Notes under the pieces: generated by a model
Told to the model about the DNA's origin: nothing
Seen by the model: the letters and a program-made list of their open reading frames with translations, nothing else
Database searches by the model: none
In this document: in pieces, positions 14,001 through 28,088 of the stretch
Position numbering within the stretch: position 1 is the first letter of the stretch
Layout: each line of letters begins with the position of its first letter
Translations under genes and position numbers: made by a program
NCBI GenBank assembly: GCA_020137815.1
Contig: CM035350.1
Coordinates: 2,852,001 to 2,916,000, forward strand
DNA from: Hormiphora californensis
Taxonomy: Eukaryota; Animalia; Ctenophora
DNA: 64,000 nucleotides
Direction: 5' to 3'

Positions 14001-17000
14001 TGGGTTGTATTATAAAGGAGGGAATGCATACGGGCGAGGTGGGAGGAGTTATATTCCTTGATGAATGGGTTGTCCGCCCTCTTTGTCAGGATAATGGATG
14101 TCCGGAAGAAGTCCTGCAGCTGCCAAACAGGAACAACGGGAACCACTGCATGGGCTACATTCAATACGCCGATGAGACCCGTCCAAAGCCAGACCGTTCT
14201 AATGGACAGCTCTGGTACTAAATAGAGGCACTTCAAGAACCGGACAATAGTCATACCAGTGATTAGAAGAAAGGAACCATGGGTCGATATGGAAAAGATG
14301 CACCCAAGTACCGCACACACTTCACTGCTTCTCCATTCGGCGTCCAAATGGCAGTATTCTCCCTTGATGCGCAGGTAGATCGAAGACGCAACAAGGAGAA
14401 TCAGGTAGACACCCATGATGAGATCATAAACTGCAATCTGAATCCGAAAAATCCGATCAATCTGTCCGTTTTTGTTGCTCGGTTTCTGCTCAAAAGTTGT
14501 GTAACATATCCTTAGGTTTAGCACGACAATAGCCAAACCTCCCGTCATGGCTATACCAGCGAGGAGGTGGTACTTAATGAGAAACTCATCGCTGCTCAAA
14601 TAACCCACCTGGCAACTGGAACACTCATCTCGCCCATTCTCACAATCTTTCACCCCATCACATGTCTGTTGTTGGGGCACCCACGTGATTTCACCTCCCT
14701 CTTCCTCGGTACAGTAGAATCGACCAGGACAGTACATCTCATCGTGGCCGTTTTTACAGTTCGGTCTGCCATCACACACCTCTCGTAAATCAAAGAGGAA
14801 CTCACCCAAGTGGGTTGTATTAGGGATGCAGCTGAAGAGGATGTGTGTTGCTACACCCTCTCCTAAACTTCCATGCTTCAGATGTCCACATAACTCCCTT
14901 ACCCACGATGCATTGTAGTGCTCCTCGCCAAGAATCTTCACACATTCCTCTTGTTCGGGGCTGTAACCAAGCCTCAAGTCGACAACATTCAACATTCTGC
15001 CAATGCCTTCATGTAGTACCTCGCCTAACGTCAGATTAGCCTCCACTATTCCCTGGCAAATGGTGTCGTTGAAATCGATCCCGGCACACCCTAGCACCAC
15101 CAAGACATCTTTGGAGGAGCAAGCCTGGGCTGGGGTGAGACAAGTCTTGAAGGACTCATCCGAGAGGCATGTTATATCTAGTGATCCCTCACACATACAC
15201 TCATCCAGTCCGTCCTTACAGTGGGTCACTCCGTCACATACCTCCGAGATTGGGATACAGCCCGGACCTGTGGGGCAGTAGAACAGATCATCACTGGAGC
15301 AGTTACATTCATCCGTCAGGCAACTAGATATTCCAGTACACTGATCAAAGATATGGGCTCCCCCTAACACGTTGATTTCGCAATAGAAGTTAGTGCTGGC
15401 AAGAGACAGGTCCTTTACAGAGTCCAGTTCCAAGCCTGCATCCATCATTAGTCGGTTGACAATCCAAATAAGGTTTGGATTCATAGGACAATTTGTCCTT
15501 TTCTGGTACGGCAATAAATCCAGTATAGTTCCATTCTTGATTTGCCATGTGGTGTTCTCAAACTGGAATTGCCCGTACAAGGCATCATCACAGACACTGC
15601 TCTCTTGTTTGTTCAAAAATAGCGGCAGATCAGGGGGATGAAATAGGTAGGATACTTCTTCTTCTTCTGGGAGGACGCTGGCTAGTGCGAAGCACTAGCC
15701 AGTAAGGGGTGGGTGCCATGAGGCTCCCGTTCCCCGTCCTGGGTGGTGTGGCTGGTATGTTGCCAACTGCTTCGGCCCAAGGAGACTTGGGGAGCTGGTG
15801 CCATACCAGGTCACAGAGGAAACCTCCCTTTAAGGGGTGGTTTCAGGGGGGTGAAGTATCTCCATCGCCTTCTTATAGAACGAGATCGTTTTTCTAAGGG
15901 GTTGATGGTGTCTAATTTCGTACATGCTGAGACCCAGCCTGTCAAAGGATTCCTGTCGGAGTTTCCAAAGGGCGGGGCATTCAGTAAGTACATGTTTTAT
16001 TGTCTCGTCTTCCATCCCACATGCTGCACAGGTTGTGGTCTCGACTTTTTTTAATTTTTTCATGTGGTAGTTAAGGTGGCAGTGCCCTGTGAGTAGGTGT
16101 GTCGCCGCCCTTAGGTCTGTTCTATTAAGTTTTTGAAGAGGTCTCTCATATCTTTTGGTCCACATCATGTCCATATGTTTGGTTTGTTTGATGGGTCCGG
16201 TTTTAACCTTCTCCCTGAGGGCTGCATAGGCTGCCGCTTTGGGAATTGGTATGAGAGTAACTTCTTCGATTTCCTGAGCACCCCTTTTTGCCAAGATGTC
16301 TGCTATTTCGTTTCCATCGTACCCTTGATGGGCCGGGATCCATCTAATCATGACATCGTTGAATATGGCTAGGGTGTTCAGATTTTTGATAGTCTTTATC
16401 GTGGTTTTTGATCTGCATGTCGTGGAGTCTAGGGTCTTTATTGTCCCTTGACTGTCACAGTTTATGAGTATTCGCTCGTTAGCTGTTCCCCTATCCAGGA
16501 GATATTGAGCCGTCTGTTGTATGGCATACATTTCTGCCGCCGGGACAGTTCCTTCGGGGCCTAGGTTATACGAATTTCGAGCTAGCTCTGTTTCGCCAGA
16601 GTGGATAATGTATCCCGCACCGGCATTGTTGTTAATTTTTGACCCATCAGTGTGTGCAACTATCGTGTACTTGTCTCCATCCTCCAAAAACGTCTCCCTT
16701 TCTGGGATCTCTAACGAGAATTCCCTGTCTAGGGTGAGTTCCGGGGTTGTGAGATCGTGACATCTGCCCTCTGCTTCCAGAGTTCTGAGATCACGTGATA
16801 CCGTGTTGGCATGCGAAGTGAACACTTTTGGGGTCTTTAGGTCTGATTTTATTGGCCCTTCCCATTCTCCCGTTGCCATTAGGGTGTATGCAGTTTTGGC
16901 TGCACAGTACCTCAGATGGTCGGTGATCGGGGCGGTGTTTGTGATTGTGTCTAGGGCTGTTGATGGCGTCGAGGGCATGGCCCCAGTTACCATCTTGAGT

Positions 17001-20000
17001 GCTAGCCTCTGTACCCTTATCATGTTTTCTTTGTTTGTTTTGGTTCGCATTGCATTAGCCCAGACCATTGCCCCGTAGCATAAGGTGGGTCTCACTATTG
17101 CAGTGTATATCCATAGGGCCGTTTTAGGGTTTAGTCCCCACGTGGGTCCCACCACTTTACGGCACTGCATCAGGATATTTTTTGCTTTTTTTATTTGTTT
17201 GTTTACGTGCTCGTTCCAGTTCAGTTTGCTGTCAAGGGTAATCCCTAGAAACTTCGTGGATTCGGACACTTTGATAGGGTTACCCTGAATTTTGATCGGG
17301 TTTCCAATTTTCACATTTTTTCGATGGGTGAATATGACTACATGCGATTTCAGGGCACTTAGTTTGAGCCCTACTGTCTTACACCAGGCGTTTATGGAAT
17401 TAAGCCCCTTCTGGGTCGCGTCCCTTAGAGGGAGTATGTCCGCAGAGGGTCCATTTCTTCCGGAGGGCATTGTGGTTGCTACTATATGACATAAGTCATC
17501 CGCAAAGCCCTGTAGTTCACCTGGTATATTCTTTTTGCTATGGTTTAGTAGATCGTCCATTACCAGGTTCCATAGGAACGGGGAAAGTATTCCTCCCTGG
17601 GGACAACCCCGGGTGGCTCTTATAGTAAGGGACTCTTCCATTAGGTTCGTGGTTATTTCGCGGTTTGAGATCATGTAGGTGATCCAGACCGCTGTTCTTT
17701 TGTCGCGTAGCTTTGCATGAAGGGCTCTTTCCATAGCTTGGAATGCCACATTATCGAAGGCTCCCTCGATGTCCAAGAACGTACCCAGGGCAATGCCCTT
17801 GTGCATGAGGGTGCCTTCGAGTTTGCGTACTACTTTATGGAGGGCTGTTTCTGTTGAAACGCCTCTTCTAAATCCATATTGCGACTTGTTTAATTTTTTG
17901 TGTACTTTTTGGTCTACCTCAATGTGCCATAGAATTAACCGTTCCATGAGTTTGTGGAGGTTTGACGCAAGGGTTATTGTTCGGTATGATTTAGGCATAC
18001 GATAGTCATCCTTTCCTGGCTTGGGCAGGTAGATGGCTTCTGCTTCCTGCCAGGATTTGGGGGTTACCCCTAGACTGTACGATGCCTTAGCTATCTTTGC
18101 AAATGGTTCAGCAATAATGTCTGCTACTTTTTGCATCATGATGGGCCTGATGCCATCCGGCCCAGCAGCTGTTAAGGGTTTAAATTCCCTCAGCGCCTTG
18201 ATGATACGTGTTTTCGAGAATGTTTTTTCATCAGACCACTCCCCTTCTGGGGCTTCAGTTTTGTCCTTGAGGGAGGGTCTAGTTGAGTGGTCCTCGCCAA
18301 AGTGAACCTCTGTCATTATCTGGAGGGTTTCTTTAGGGGACTGTGATAGTTCACCATTTGCGTCAAAGATACAGCTGAGATTATAATCTTTACTGTTCTT
18401 GAGCACTTGGCTAACCTTCTGGGCATCTGAATATGCATCGAGATCTTCAGCCCATATTTTCCAGTTTTTAAATTTAGACTGGTTTTTGGTTTTTGTGTAT
18501 TTGTTTCGAGCTGTCCCAGTCCTGACGCACTTTCGTGGTCTGGGCGTGTCTCAGTTTATCAAACATTTCTTCCCTAGCTGCCTTGACCTCCCCACTGAGC
18601 CACGGGGGGTCTTTGGAGTGGGCGGATACTACTACTAGGTCTCCGGCGTTGGTGAGGGCAAATAGCAGTAAGAAGCCAATCATTGTGTTGGAACTCCTCT
18701 GTAGGTGACCAGTAGTTGACCAGAGAAAAAGTGAGCGGTTGCTGAAGTAGTTTTGACCTTTATACTAAATTCGCGATCGACGTACTCCATTGTTAGAGAT
18801 TTCTTTCATTCATTTCGTTCGTAGGGCGAACGGGCCTACTAGTCTGATATGAATTTAATTTCTTACTAGAGAAATTGAAGGAGCATAATTTCTATGAAAG
18901 TACGCTTTTACGGTGGTTCTTAAAAGGCACTTAGAGATTAATCTTTCTAGTCACTTTATCTCTTCGGTATAATTGTCGCCGGGAGATTACGGCGCACAAT
19001 TCATTTCTCTCTTCATTTGATCGGTCTGAAATTGAATGAAAGAAATCTCTAACAATGGAGTACGTCGATCGCGAATCCTTATTATAAAGGTCAAAACTAC
19101 TTCAGCAACCGCTCACTTTTTCTCTGGTCAACTACTGGTCACCTGGGAGTGAGGTTTCTAAGTTGCTCTAATAATTGCACGTGCAGGTGTAGTTGCTAGG
19201 TGATGTAGCACTGACAATTTGAATAGTAAGTAGTACTAGGGAACCCCGGAAGTAGAGCCCCCGTCGACTATAAAACTGCAAAAGTTACCAAGAACAGTGA
19301 AAATCACCTTTTAGCACGATTTCGAGACGTTTTACACCATGACTCGGTCATTTTTCAACCATTTTCGGAAATCTTGGGATCATTGCAAAGAGCTATGAAA
19401 TTTGCAGATTGGCGAAAGTGCAAACCCCTGAGGTCCCCTAGCCCCCTCCCAGATCTCTTATGGAACTGCACGTGCAAATGTTGAGTCATCACTGTACTAC
19501 TACCAACCTTTTGCCTTTTTTAATACTAGCACACCCATTGGGTGCGCCTCAAGTAAGGGTTTTTTGATAACCCACCCGGCTTCGCCGAGTGGTTCTTTTC
19601 GCCACTTTTAACGTCAATAACACGGTTGCCATGGCAACTGAATTGGTAACTATGGGGACTGGCATGTTAAAAGGCATTCGAAAATATTAATAAACTTCCG
19701 CTGGAAGTTCTAAAACTGCGAGTAACAGCTTTACAGCTTTGGGCACATAGAGTGTTTTATGAAGGAGCAGTCTGTCGCTTAGATACCGCTGAACGAACGG
19801 CCACCACTTCGACGTTCATCTCCAAATTATAATAGAGATAGATTTGCAAATTATTTATAACTAGAAAGCCCATTGAAGTCCTACAACAGCCCCCACCCGT
19901 CTCTATGTCTGTCTCCCCCACTCACTCTTCGTCTCTCCATGTCGGGGTAAAGAATACGGAGGTTGGTAACGTATATCGTGCGGGGCGTGGTGAAATAGGG

Positions 20001-23000
20001 TCGAGCAAGGCAATTCCTGATGCTATCAGGACGAACATAACATGAGTATTCCATGTAGCAGCCAAGCTGACCTGATAGCTTAGATTCAAGAGTCAAATGT
20101 AATAGCAAGACGAGGATAGGGGTTACAGAAGTTCACAGTTGCTGCATGAAAATTGAAAAATATGCTAAATCGATTATGTTTGCATTGGCCACATGAAAAT
20201 ATTGTGGTATAGACTGCCGGTATATCGAGTGTGTAAAACAACGTTGTGGTTTATCCCTATAGAAACTAAGCTCACTAGGATACTTGACATGAGAGTCTAT
20301 AAGTATCTTGTTCCCTGCCACAATGCCCGTTTCTAACAATTTGCCCCATCCCTCCCAGGCGATTTGACACTATCCTATGGGTCTACTCTGCAACTGGTAC
20401 ACTAAGTTCATGTCCCGAAGTAAACCAACACGGCCCCTAACTATTGAAATAGTTTCCCTCTCTGGAGCTGGTGTGTTCTATGAAATACCAATCCTCCAGA
20501 CCACATATGGAACCAGCAACATAGCACTTCATCCCTCTAGTGGGTGGAAAAGAATTGGAGATGGAGGACATGCTACAAAAACCAACATTTTGGTTGTGCT
20601 GAGCAGTGTTAGGTAATATCAAACTCTTCAGAAATTAAATATTAGCTTCTTCTGATTGTTTACAAACAAAAAAAGCTACTTCCAGCTATTTTATAAAGCG
20701 TTTAAAATTTTGAGCGGACGTTTAATTTTTTATAATGTTTGCAGTGCTGTATCGAGATTTAAAGCACCGCAAAACACTAGTAATTATAGAGTAAAAAACC
20801 GCAGAAATGCTAAGTATGATTCGGCAGCTTAGTAAAAGAATCTACTTCTTATACTCGACCTGTCAGTCTCTGAGTCTCGTGTTTTAAATTGCCATCATTT
20901 AATCTATATAATCTTATAATCTATATAATCTTATGAACCCCGATAGCTGTATTATCAGTCGTTTCATAGTTTTAAATTGCCATCATTTAATCTATATAAT
21001 CTTATAATGTTTTACCAAAGTGCTTCCACAGGGAACTGAGACTACGTGGTGATCAGTCAGACAGCAGTGGGGACTACGGAATTCTCACAATTAGTTTAGG
21101 TTCCGCGTTCCCAGGAACGGGAACAGGAACACCCCTGAAACATTTGGAACAGTGTTCCTGCCCCTCCGGTTACACAGGTATATTACTCAACTTGATCGAA
21201 CTGTTTCATATAAACATACTAGCGCACCCATTGGGTGCGCCTCAAGTAAGGGCTTCGCCGGGCGTTTCTTTTCGTCTCTTTCAACTTCAACACAGCGGTT
21301 GCCATGACAACTGAGTTGGTAACTATGGAGACTGGCATGTTAAAAGTTATTCGAAAATATTAACAAACTTCCGCTGAAGTTCCAAAAGTGTAAGCAACAG
21401 CATTACAGCTTTGGGCACATAAAGTGTTTTATGAAGGAGCAGTCTGTCGCTTAGATACCGCTGAACGAACGGCTATCACTTCGACGTTCATCTCCAAATT
21501 ATAATAGAGATTTCGGTTACTCCTTCATAAAAACAAGCTGCTGCATAGGACTCCTTCATAAAACTTTATTCCAGGTTACTCATGTCAGAATTGTGATGAT
21601 GGTTATTACCGTGTTCCATCTCTCCTCCTGCCCCTGGGGGAGTGTGTTCCATGTGACTGTAACGGTCACTCTAACACATGTGACGTCACAAGTGGAGTGT
21701 GCGAGGAATGCCAGGACAATACGTACGGGGATCACTGCGAGTTGTGTATGGATGGTTTCTATGGGGATCCACTACAAGGGTGCAGAGTGTGTCCCTGTCC
21801 CCTACCAACACCCGGAAACAGTTTTGGGAGCTGTACCTACAATCCCTTATTAGGTAAGATTTGGCACCCGTACCTACAATCCCTTATTAGGTGAGATTTG
21901 GCACCCGTACCTACAATCCCTTATTATGTAAGGTTTGGCACCTGTACCTACAATCCCTTATTATAGGTGAGATTTGGCACCCGTACCTACAACCCCTTAT
22001 TATGTAAGGTTTGGCACCTGTACCTACATATTTCTAATAATATCCCTCTATTATAGATGTGTCTCTAAAGTGCGACTGCAAGAGGGGCTATGAGGGAGCT
22101 AACTGCGGAGAATGCTCTACTGGGTACTATGGCAACCCAAGAATTCCTGGGGAGAGTTGTCAACAGTGTGGGTCATGCAGTAATAATACTGATATTACTG
22201 CTGACTACTGTGACAGAGAAACAGGCGACTGTACACTTTGTTTACAGGTAACTAAACACTGTTTAGTAAACAGTAAACGGCCTCAAATGTGGGATGGTGA
22301 TTGACAACCGACTATTAGTATTGAAGTTAGGTATAGTCTCTCACAGTTGTGGACGGCAAATAAAGGAGAGTTTGTTTCCAAAGATATGTTTCCTACTGTC
22401 TAGGGAGCTATTAGAAAGCACATTATAACAACACTTACACAGAAGGATAGCAACTAGATTCTCTTTAGCCCATTATCGTGGCTCTGTCCTTACCCTAATA
22501 TAACCCAACAGCGTCTGTTATAAGCGTGCTGCTCATATAATTCGTCTGCGTCCATAAATTCCAAGAATACCAGGAATAAGACAATTGGTTTCTCAATGAA
22601 GAAGCACTTATTTTCAAGCCCAATAGCATACCGGAGACACAAAACCATCGATTATTATAGAATAATAGAGGTGAATTATATTTGGAATTGTGCTAAACTC
22701 CCATTGCCCCCTCTAGAACACGGCAGGAGCGCACTGTGAGGTGTGTGCAGAAGGTTACTATGGGGACGCTGTCGTTGCTAAGGACTGCCGGCTATGCCAG
22801 TGTGATGGTTGGGGGACGGTCAGGGGAGCAAGTTGCGATGGAGAAACAGGGACCTGTGAGTGTCTTCCTAATGTACAGGGAGAAACCTGTAATAAATGTG
22901 TGGAGGGGCACTGGAAACAGCGAACAGGTAACTATTATAGTTACTATATACACTATGAGTGTTACTAGTGTAACTCTCATAGTGATAGTGATTAGGATAC

Positions 23001-23244
23001 TACTACTGTTACTAGTGACACTAGTGTTTCTTATATTCCTTGTGTTAATACATCCAGTGTTGAGTTAGTTTTGGCCTATATTACTATCAACTAAACAATA
23101 CTTCCAGATGGCATATTCTTTGATACGAGTTGTAAGGCAGCATTCTGTGGAGTTGACTCTCCTTCAACATCACTAGATGTACTGCTGACATTCCAATATT
23201 CAACAAATAAACAACAGTTCCAGCTGTTTGGAAACAACGGTAAG

Positions 23245-23297
<53 letters not shown>

Positions 23298-26200
23298 TCT
23301 CTATTTGTTTTTTTGCTACCATTTTGTGTGATAATCTGCGCTCTCCAAAACTCTCTATTATTCCTTATAAGGAATAATCCGCTTGCCTCTCTCGCTAGTT
23401 ATCACCACTATCTCTCCGGACCTGTGCACCGTCTTGCTCACCGTGTACGGTCTGAATTACCATGTTCCAAACCAATTTACTGGGACAGGTGAAGGGAACA
23501 ACGGACTCGACAGATATCAAAAACCTACTAGACACTGTGAATAGGGCTCTCAAAGACTATACTACCGGTGAACCCAATTTTGCGCCTGTCTGTGATGCTA
23601 AGATTCCTCTTGACACCCTCAGAGCCACAGCTGATCTGATCAATAGCTTTATTAAAGAGAGATTTGTTGGCCGGTGTCCAATTACCTTTTACAAGTCCAC
23701 TACAAAGTTTGAACTAGCTGAAATTATCTCCATGTTCTTCGTTATCAGTATGCAAGACTTGGGATTATGTTCACTCGCCAGTGAGTGACCATTTATCCCT
23801 TGACTCCTCTCTCTTCGTGTATTGTGTCCGTGTGGGGCCCCCACCCATAAAAGTGCTACAAGCTTGTTAACCCCACTCTGGATTTTGCTATTGTTGCAAG
23901 GAGTGTGTCGCCATAAACTGTTCACAACTCCAACTGACCCCAATATGTAAATAATACCGTTATCGTGCACGTTTATACTTCTGGGGGCAACAACAATATT
24001 ACCAATGGAGACCAGCACTCCATGGTAATACTACGTCTGCTGTCGATGATGATCCTGAGACACCTGCCAACGCCAATGGTGGGTCAGAACCAGAACCAAC
24101 TCCTCATTCGGGTAACCAGGGGCCGGGTAGGCAAATGGTTATGATAGGAGCGTGGCTGTTTGTAAGTTCCTAAAACGAGGTATTTGCAAACATGGTATCT
24201 CTGGAAAAAAGTGTCCTTTATATCATCCCCCTTTTTGTCAAACCTACCAGAAATGGGGGGAGGATAATACTTTGGGATGTATTAGGTACACGATGTAAAT
24301 GGTACCACCCGACATATGCACTTCAGCAAGAGGGCTGAAATGTACTGTTCGAGATTGTAAAGCTTTTCATGTGAGAACTCGCCGCGGGCCTCGTCAGACA
24401 AGTTTAGGGGCTGCTGATCCGAGCTCCCTTGCTTCCGCACGCTCTCTCGCACCCCCTCACCCTCTCCTCCAGCATCCTCCCGCCCACCAACTGCAACTTC
24501 CTACCCACCAACCTCTTACCCACCACCCTTCTTTCCACCATCCTCCTACCCACCAACCTCCTCCTCCCCACAATCCTGCCTCTCATCCTCCTGGCCCTCA
24601 TCCTCCTACACAAATGACTGCGATCCCTAATCCTGCATTATCTGCCAACAATAACTCTATGCAGGATTTTCGTACTCTGATCCAGGCGCTGTTAACGGCG
24701 ACAGAGACCTCGAATCATGTACTCAGTCAATTGCAGCCGTTCCTCACAGCTCAGGTGAACCCGCCACCACCCTCTCCCTTCACTCAACTACCAATACTGC
24801 CCACTCAACGAACTCTCGGTGCACCACCACCTCCCCAATAGCTGAACTGCTTCTACTTAACACCCAAGGTTTTACTCCTCACTTCCCCAAACACAGACTT
24901 AAAATAAAACAATTTGGGGAATTTGTTATCAGCTCCTCCACCAATACTCCTTTCTTAGTGCTAACTGAGACGCATTTGAATTCTCTTATTTCTGACGATG
25001 AGGTGGGTATCCCCGGTTATAACATATTTAGAGCTGATAGGGTGCGGCGCCATCAGGGTGGGGTAGCTTATCTATGTTAAGGCATCCCTGCTGGTCAGCA
25101 CCCATGAGGTGTACTCTTCTTCATTCTGTGAGGGAGCCATGATACACATTGAATCAATCAACACTGTAATTGTTGGGGTCTACAGGCCGCCTCCTAACTT
25201 CTCCCAACCCCACAAATCATGTCCTACTGATCACTTCCGAGATCTCTGTAAGAGAATTGCTCAGTTTGCAGATAGATTCCCTACATCCACTGTTATAGTT
25301 ACGGGGGACTTCAACCTACCCTGTATCAATTGGGCAGCTAATGAGATCGGTACTGGTGGCAATCTCCCAGCCTCGGAGAGAGACTCTGCAAATCTCCTGC
25401 TGAGGCTTGTTGAGGATCTCTTCCTCGATCAGGTAGTGGAAGAACCTACGAGGCGTGGTAAATCCAACAATATTCTCGATCTGGTACTGGTTAATAACAA
25501 TCAACTGATCCAGAATGTTCAGGTAACTGGAACATCGTTGTCCGACCATGATCTCGTCTCGATTCAATTGAGAACCTGTGAACTCCCGGGCTTACATGTC
25601 AGCCCCTCTCCTACCTCCCCCCCATCGACAACATGCTTTTTTACTATGAAGCAGCGGTGGGACCTATTTATAGCCCTTGAGGCCGAAATTGCCGACCTCA
25701 CCAGAACGGTGTGGGGTACTCAGCAGGGAATGGTGGCTTCAACTACTTGGTTTACTGAGATTATCGAGCTAAATCCTAAACCCAACCCCACCCCTCCCCC
25801 TATATTTGACTTCATTAACCTGATCAAAGCTGACTGGTGCGCTATACGGGAAGAACTCATTGACACTGACTGGGAACCTGTTTACTCTATGGAGAACCAG
25901 GATGATGCATGGACCCTCTTCTCCAAAATTGTCGGAGATATATGTGCGAGACACGCCCCCTACAAGGGACCCTCGAGGAAGAACCAGAAGCCCAGGATCC
26001 CCCGTGACCGTACTCTACTGATTAGGAAAAAGCGGAAGCTACTCGCTAGACTATCTGCTTCTAAGTCCAAGAAAGTGGACCCTGAGAAGATACTCTCCCT
26101 ACAGGAGCAAGTTGGTGAACTGGAACTGAAAATGGGAGAAAGTATCTTGGAAGAGGAAAGGAGGAACGAAGCTAAAGCCATCCAGAACATGAAACTGAAG

Positions 26201-28040
26201 CCCAAGGTATTCTTCTCTTACCTCAACAGGAAGAAACCTGCCAGTAGGATTGGTCCGCTCAGAACATCCTCTGGAGATCTCACCTCAGATCCAGAAGCCA
26301 TGGCAGACATCCTCCAAGAGCAGTATGTCACGGTTTTCTCCTCTCCTAGTACTCACAGTGACCCCGTCTTGGTGCCCCCTACTGAGAAACACCTTACAGA
26401 GGTTACCATAACCGAGTCTAAAATTCTCGAGGCTATTGCTGAAATGCCATCTACTGCTGCCCCAGGCCCTGACAAATTCCCGTGCTTAGTTCTGAAAGAG
26501 TGTGCCACACAGCTTGCTCCAGTGCTGTGTAAACTATGGAAAGCGGCCTTTGACACCGGGCAAACTGCCAAGATCTTCAAACACCAAACCATTGTACCCA
26601 TATTTAAAAAGGGTAACAGGGGTTTGGCATCCAACTACAGGCCTGTGTCACTTACCTCACACCTCTGTAAACTGTTTGAACGTGTGGTGAGGAAAGATAT
26701 GGTATCCTTCCTGGAGGAGGAGGGCTCTTTCTCAGATAACCAGCATGGTTTTCGAGCCAAAAGATCATGTTTGACCCAGTTAGTTGATCATCTGGATGAC
26801 CTGCTGAACGAACTTGAGAACGGACACAATGTTGATTTACTCTACCTAGATATGTCTAAGGCCTTGACAAGGTTTGCCACAGGAGATTATGGGAAAGCTA
26901 GCCAAAGCAGGGATTGGTGGAAGCTCCTTGCCTGGCTCGAATCCTTCCTGATTGGTAGATCTCAACCGTTGTATTGATGGAGTCAAATCCAAAGTTGCAG
27001 CGGTGGAATCGGGAGTGCCCCAGGAACGTTTTAGTAGCGCCTCTGTTGTTCCTACTATATGTCAACGACATGGCTGATGTGTTGGAGCACTGCACTATGA
27101 AACTATTCGCTGATGATGCCAAGGTTAAAAAAGCATCAAACAGAGAGGGACAGGTCACTACTGTTAGATGACATGGACCGTATCAACCATGGGCTGCAGA
27201 GAACTCAATGGAGCTTAATGAGCAGAAAATCAACTCCTGCAGCACGGGCGGAACGAGCTTCTTAGATGCCCTACTCCCTTCCAGATGGTACTACAGTGGA
27301 AAGGGAGAATGCCGTGAAGGACCTGGGGATAATTGTGGACTCTGAACTTACATGGAATCCCCAGATCACCAATGTGATAAAATCCGCCTCCCAAACTGCA
27401 GGAAGGATCCTTAGATCATTTGAGACTAGGGAAGCGGAGCCTATGCTGGTGCTCATGAAAAACTTATATCAGACCTCACCTCGAGTACATCTCACCGATT
27501 TGGTCTCCACATCTGGTAGGGGAAATTCAACGAGTTGAGGCGGTTCAACGAGCATTCACTGCACATATCTCTGGCTGCGAGGAGATGAGCTACTGCAGCG
27601 GTTACATCATCCGGCCTGTACTCGCTACAGAGAAGGAGAGAACGATACAAAATTCTCTACCTATGGAAATTGTATCGTGGACTACTACCAAATCACCTCA
27701 AACTGGACTTCAATCACTCTGCCGACGAGGACCCTATGTGGGAGACCGCTGGGGTAAAGCTAAACTGAAGAGCGTCAACTCCAAAATTTTCAATTCCTGC
27801 TCATCAACTGCTGTTTCCCTGTTCAATGCTGTTCCTAAAGTTGTCAAGGAACAACTGACACTGGAGGGAGCAAAGCGGGAGCTTGATAAATTTCTATCGA
27901 AAATCCGGATGAACCCCCCATAAGGGTTACGGGGCGCAGAACACTAACAGTATCCTAGATTGGTGTGCCTGCCAGGAGCGTTGTTGACAGCGCGAGTCCT
28001 AGCAACTGGAGCTGAACCTGGTCACAGGTAATCACAGGTA

Positions 28041-28088
<48 letters not shown>

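Noticed and set aside
18474-18683. 69-aa secreted peptide ORF
   Set aside because: Chimera of the LDLa-GPCR signal peptide and the 5' end of the inserted LINE.
5925-22028. Regularly spaced repeats resembling CRISPR arrays (5925-6243, 21832-22028)
   Set aside because: No unique spacers, no cas genes and a eukaryotic intronic context; they are minisatellites.
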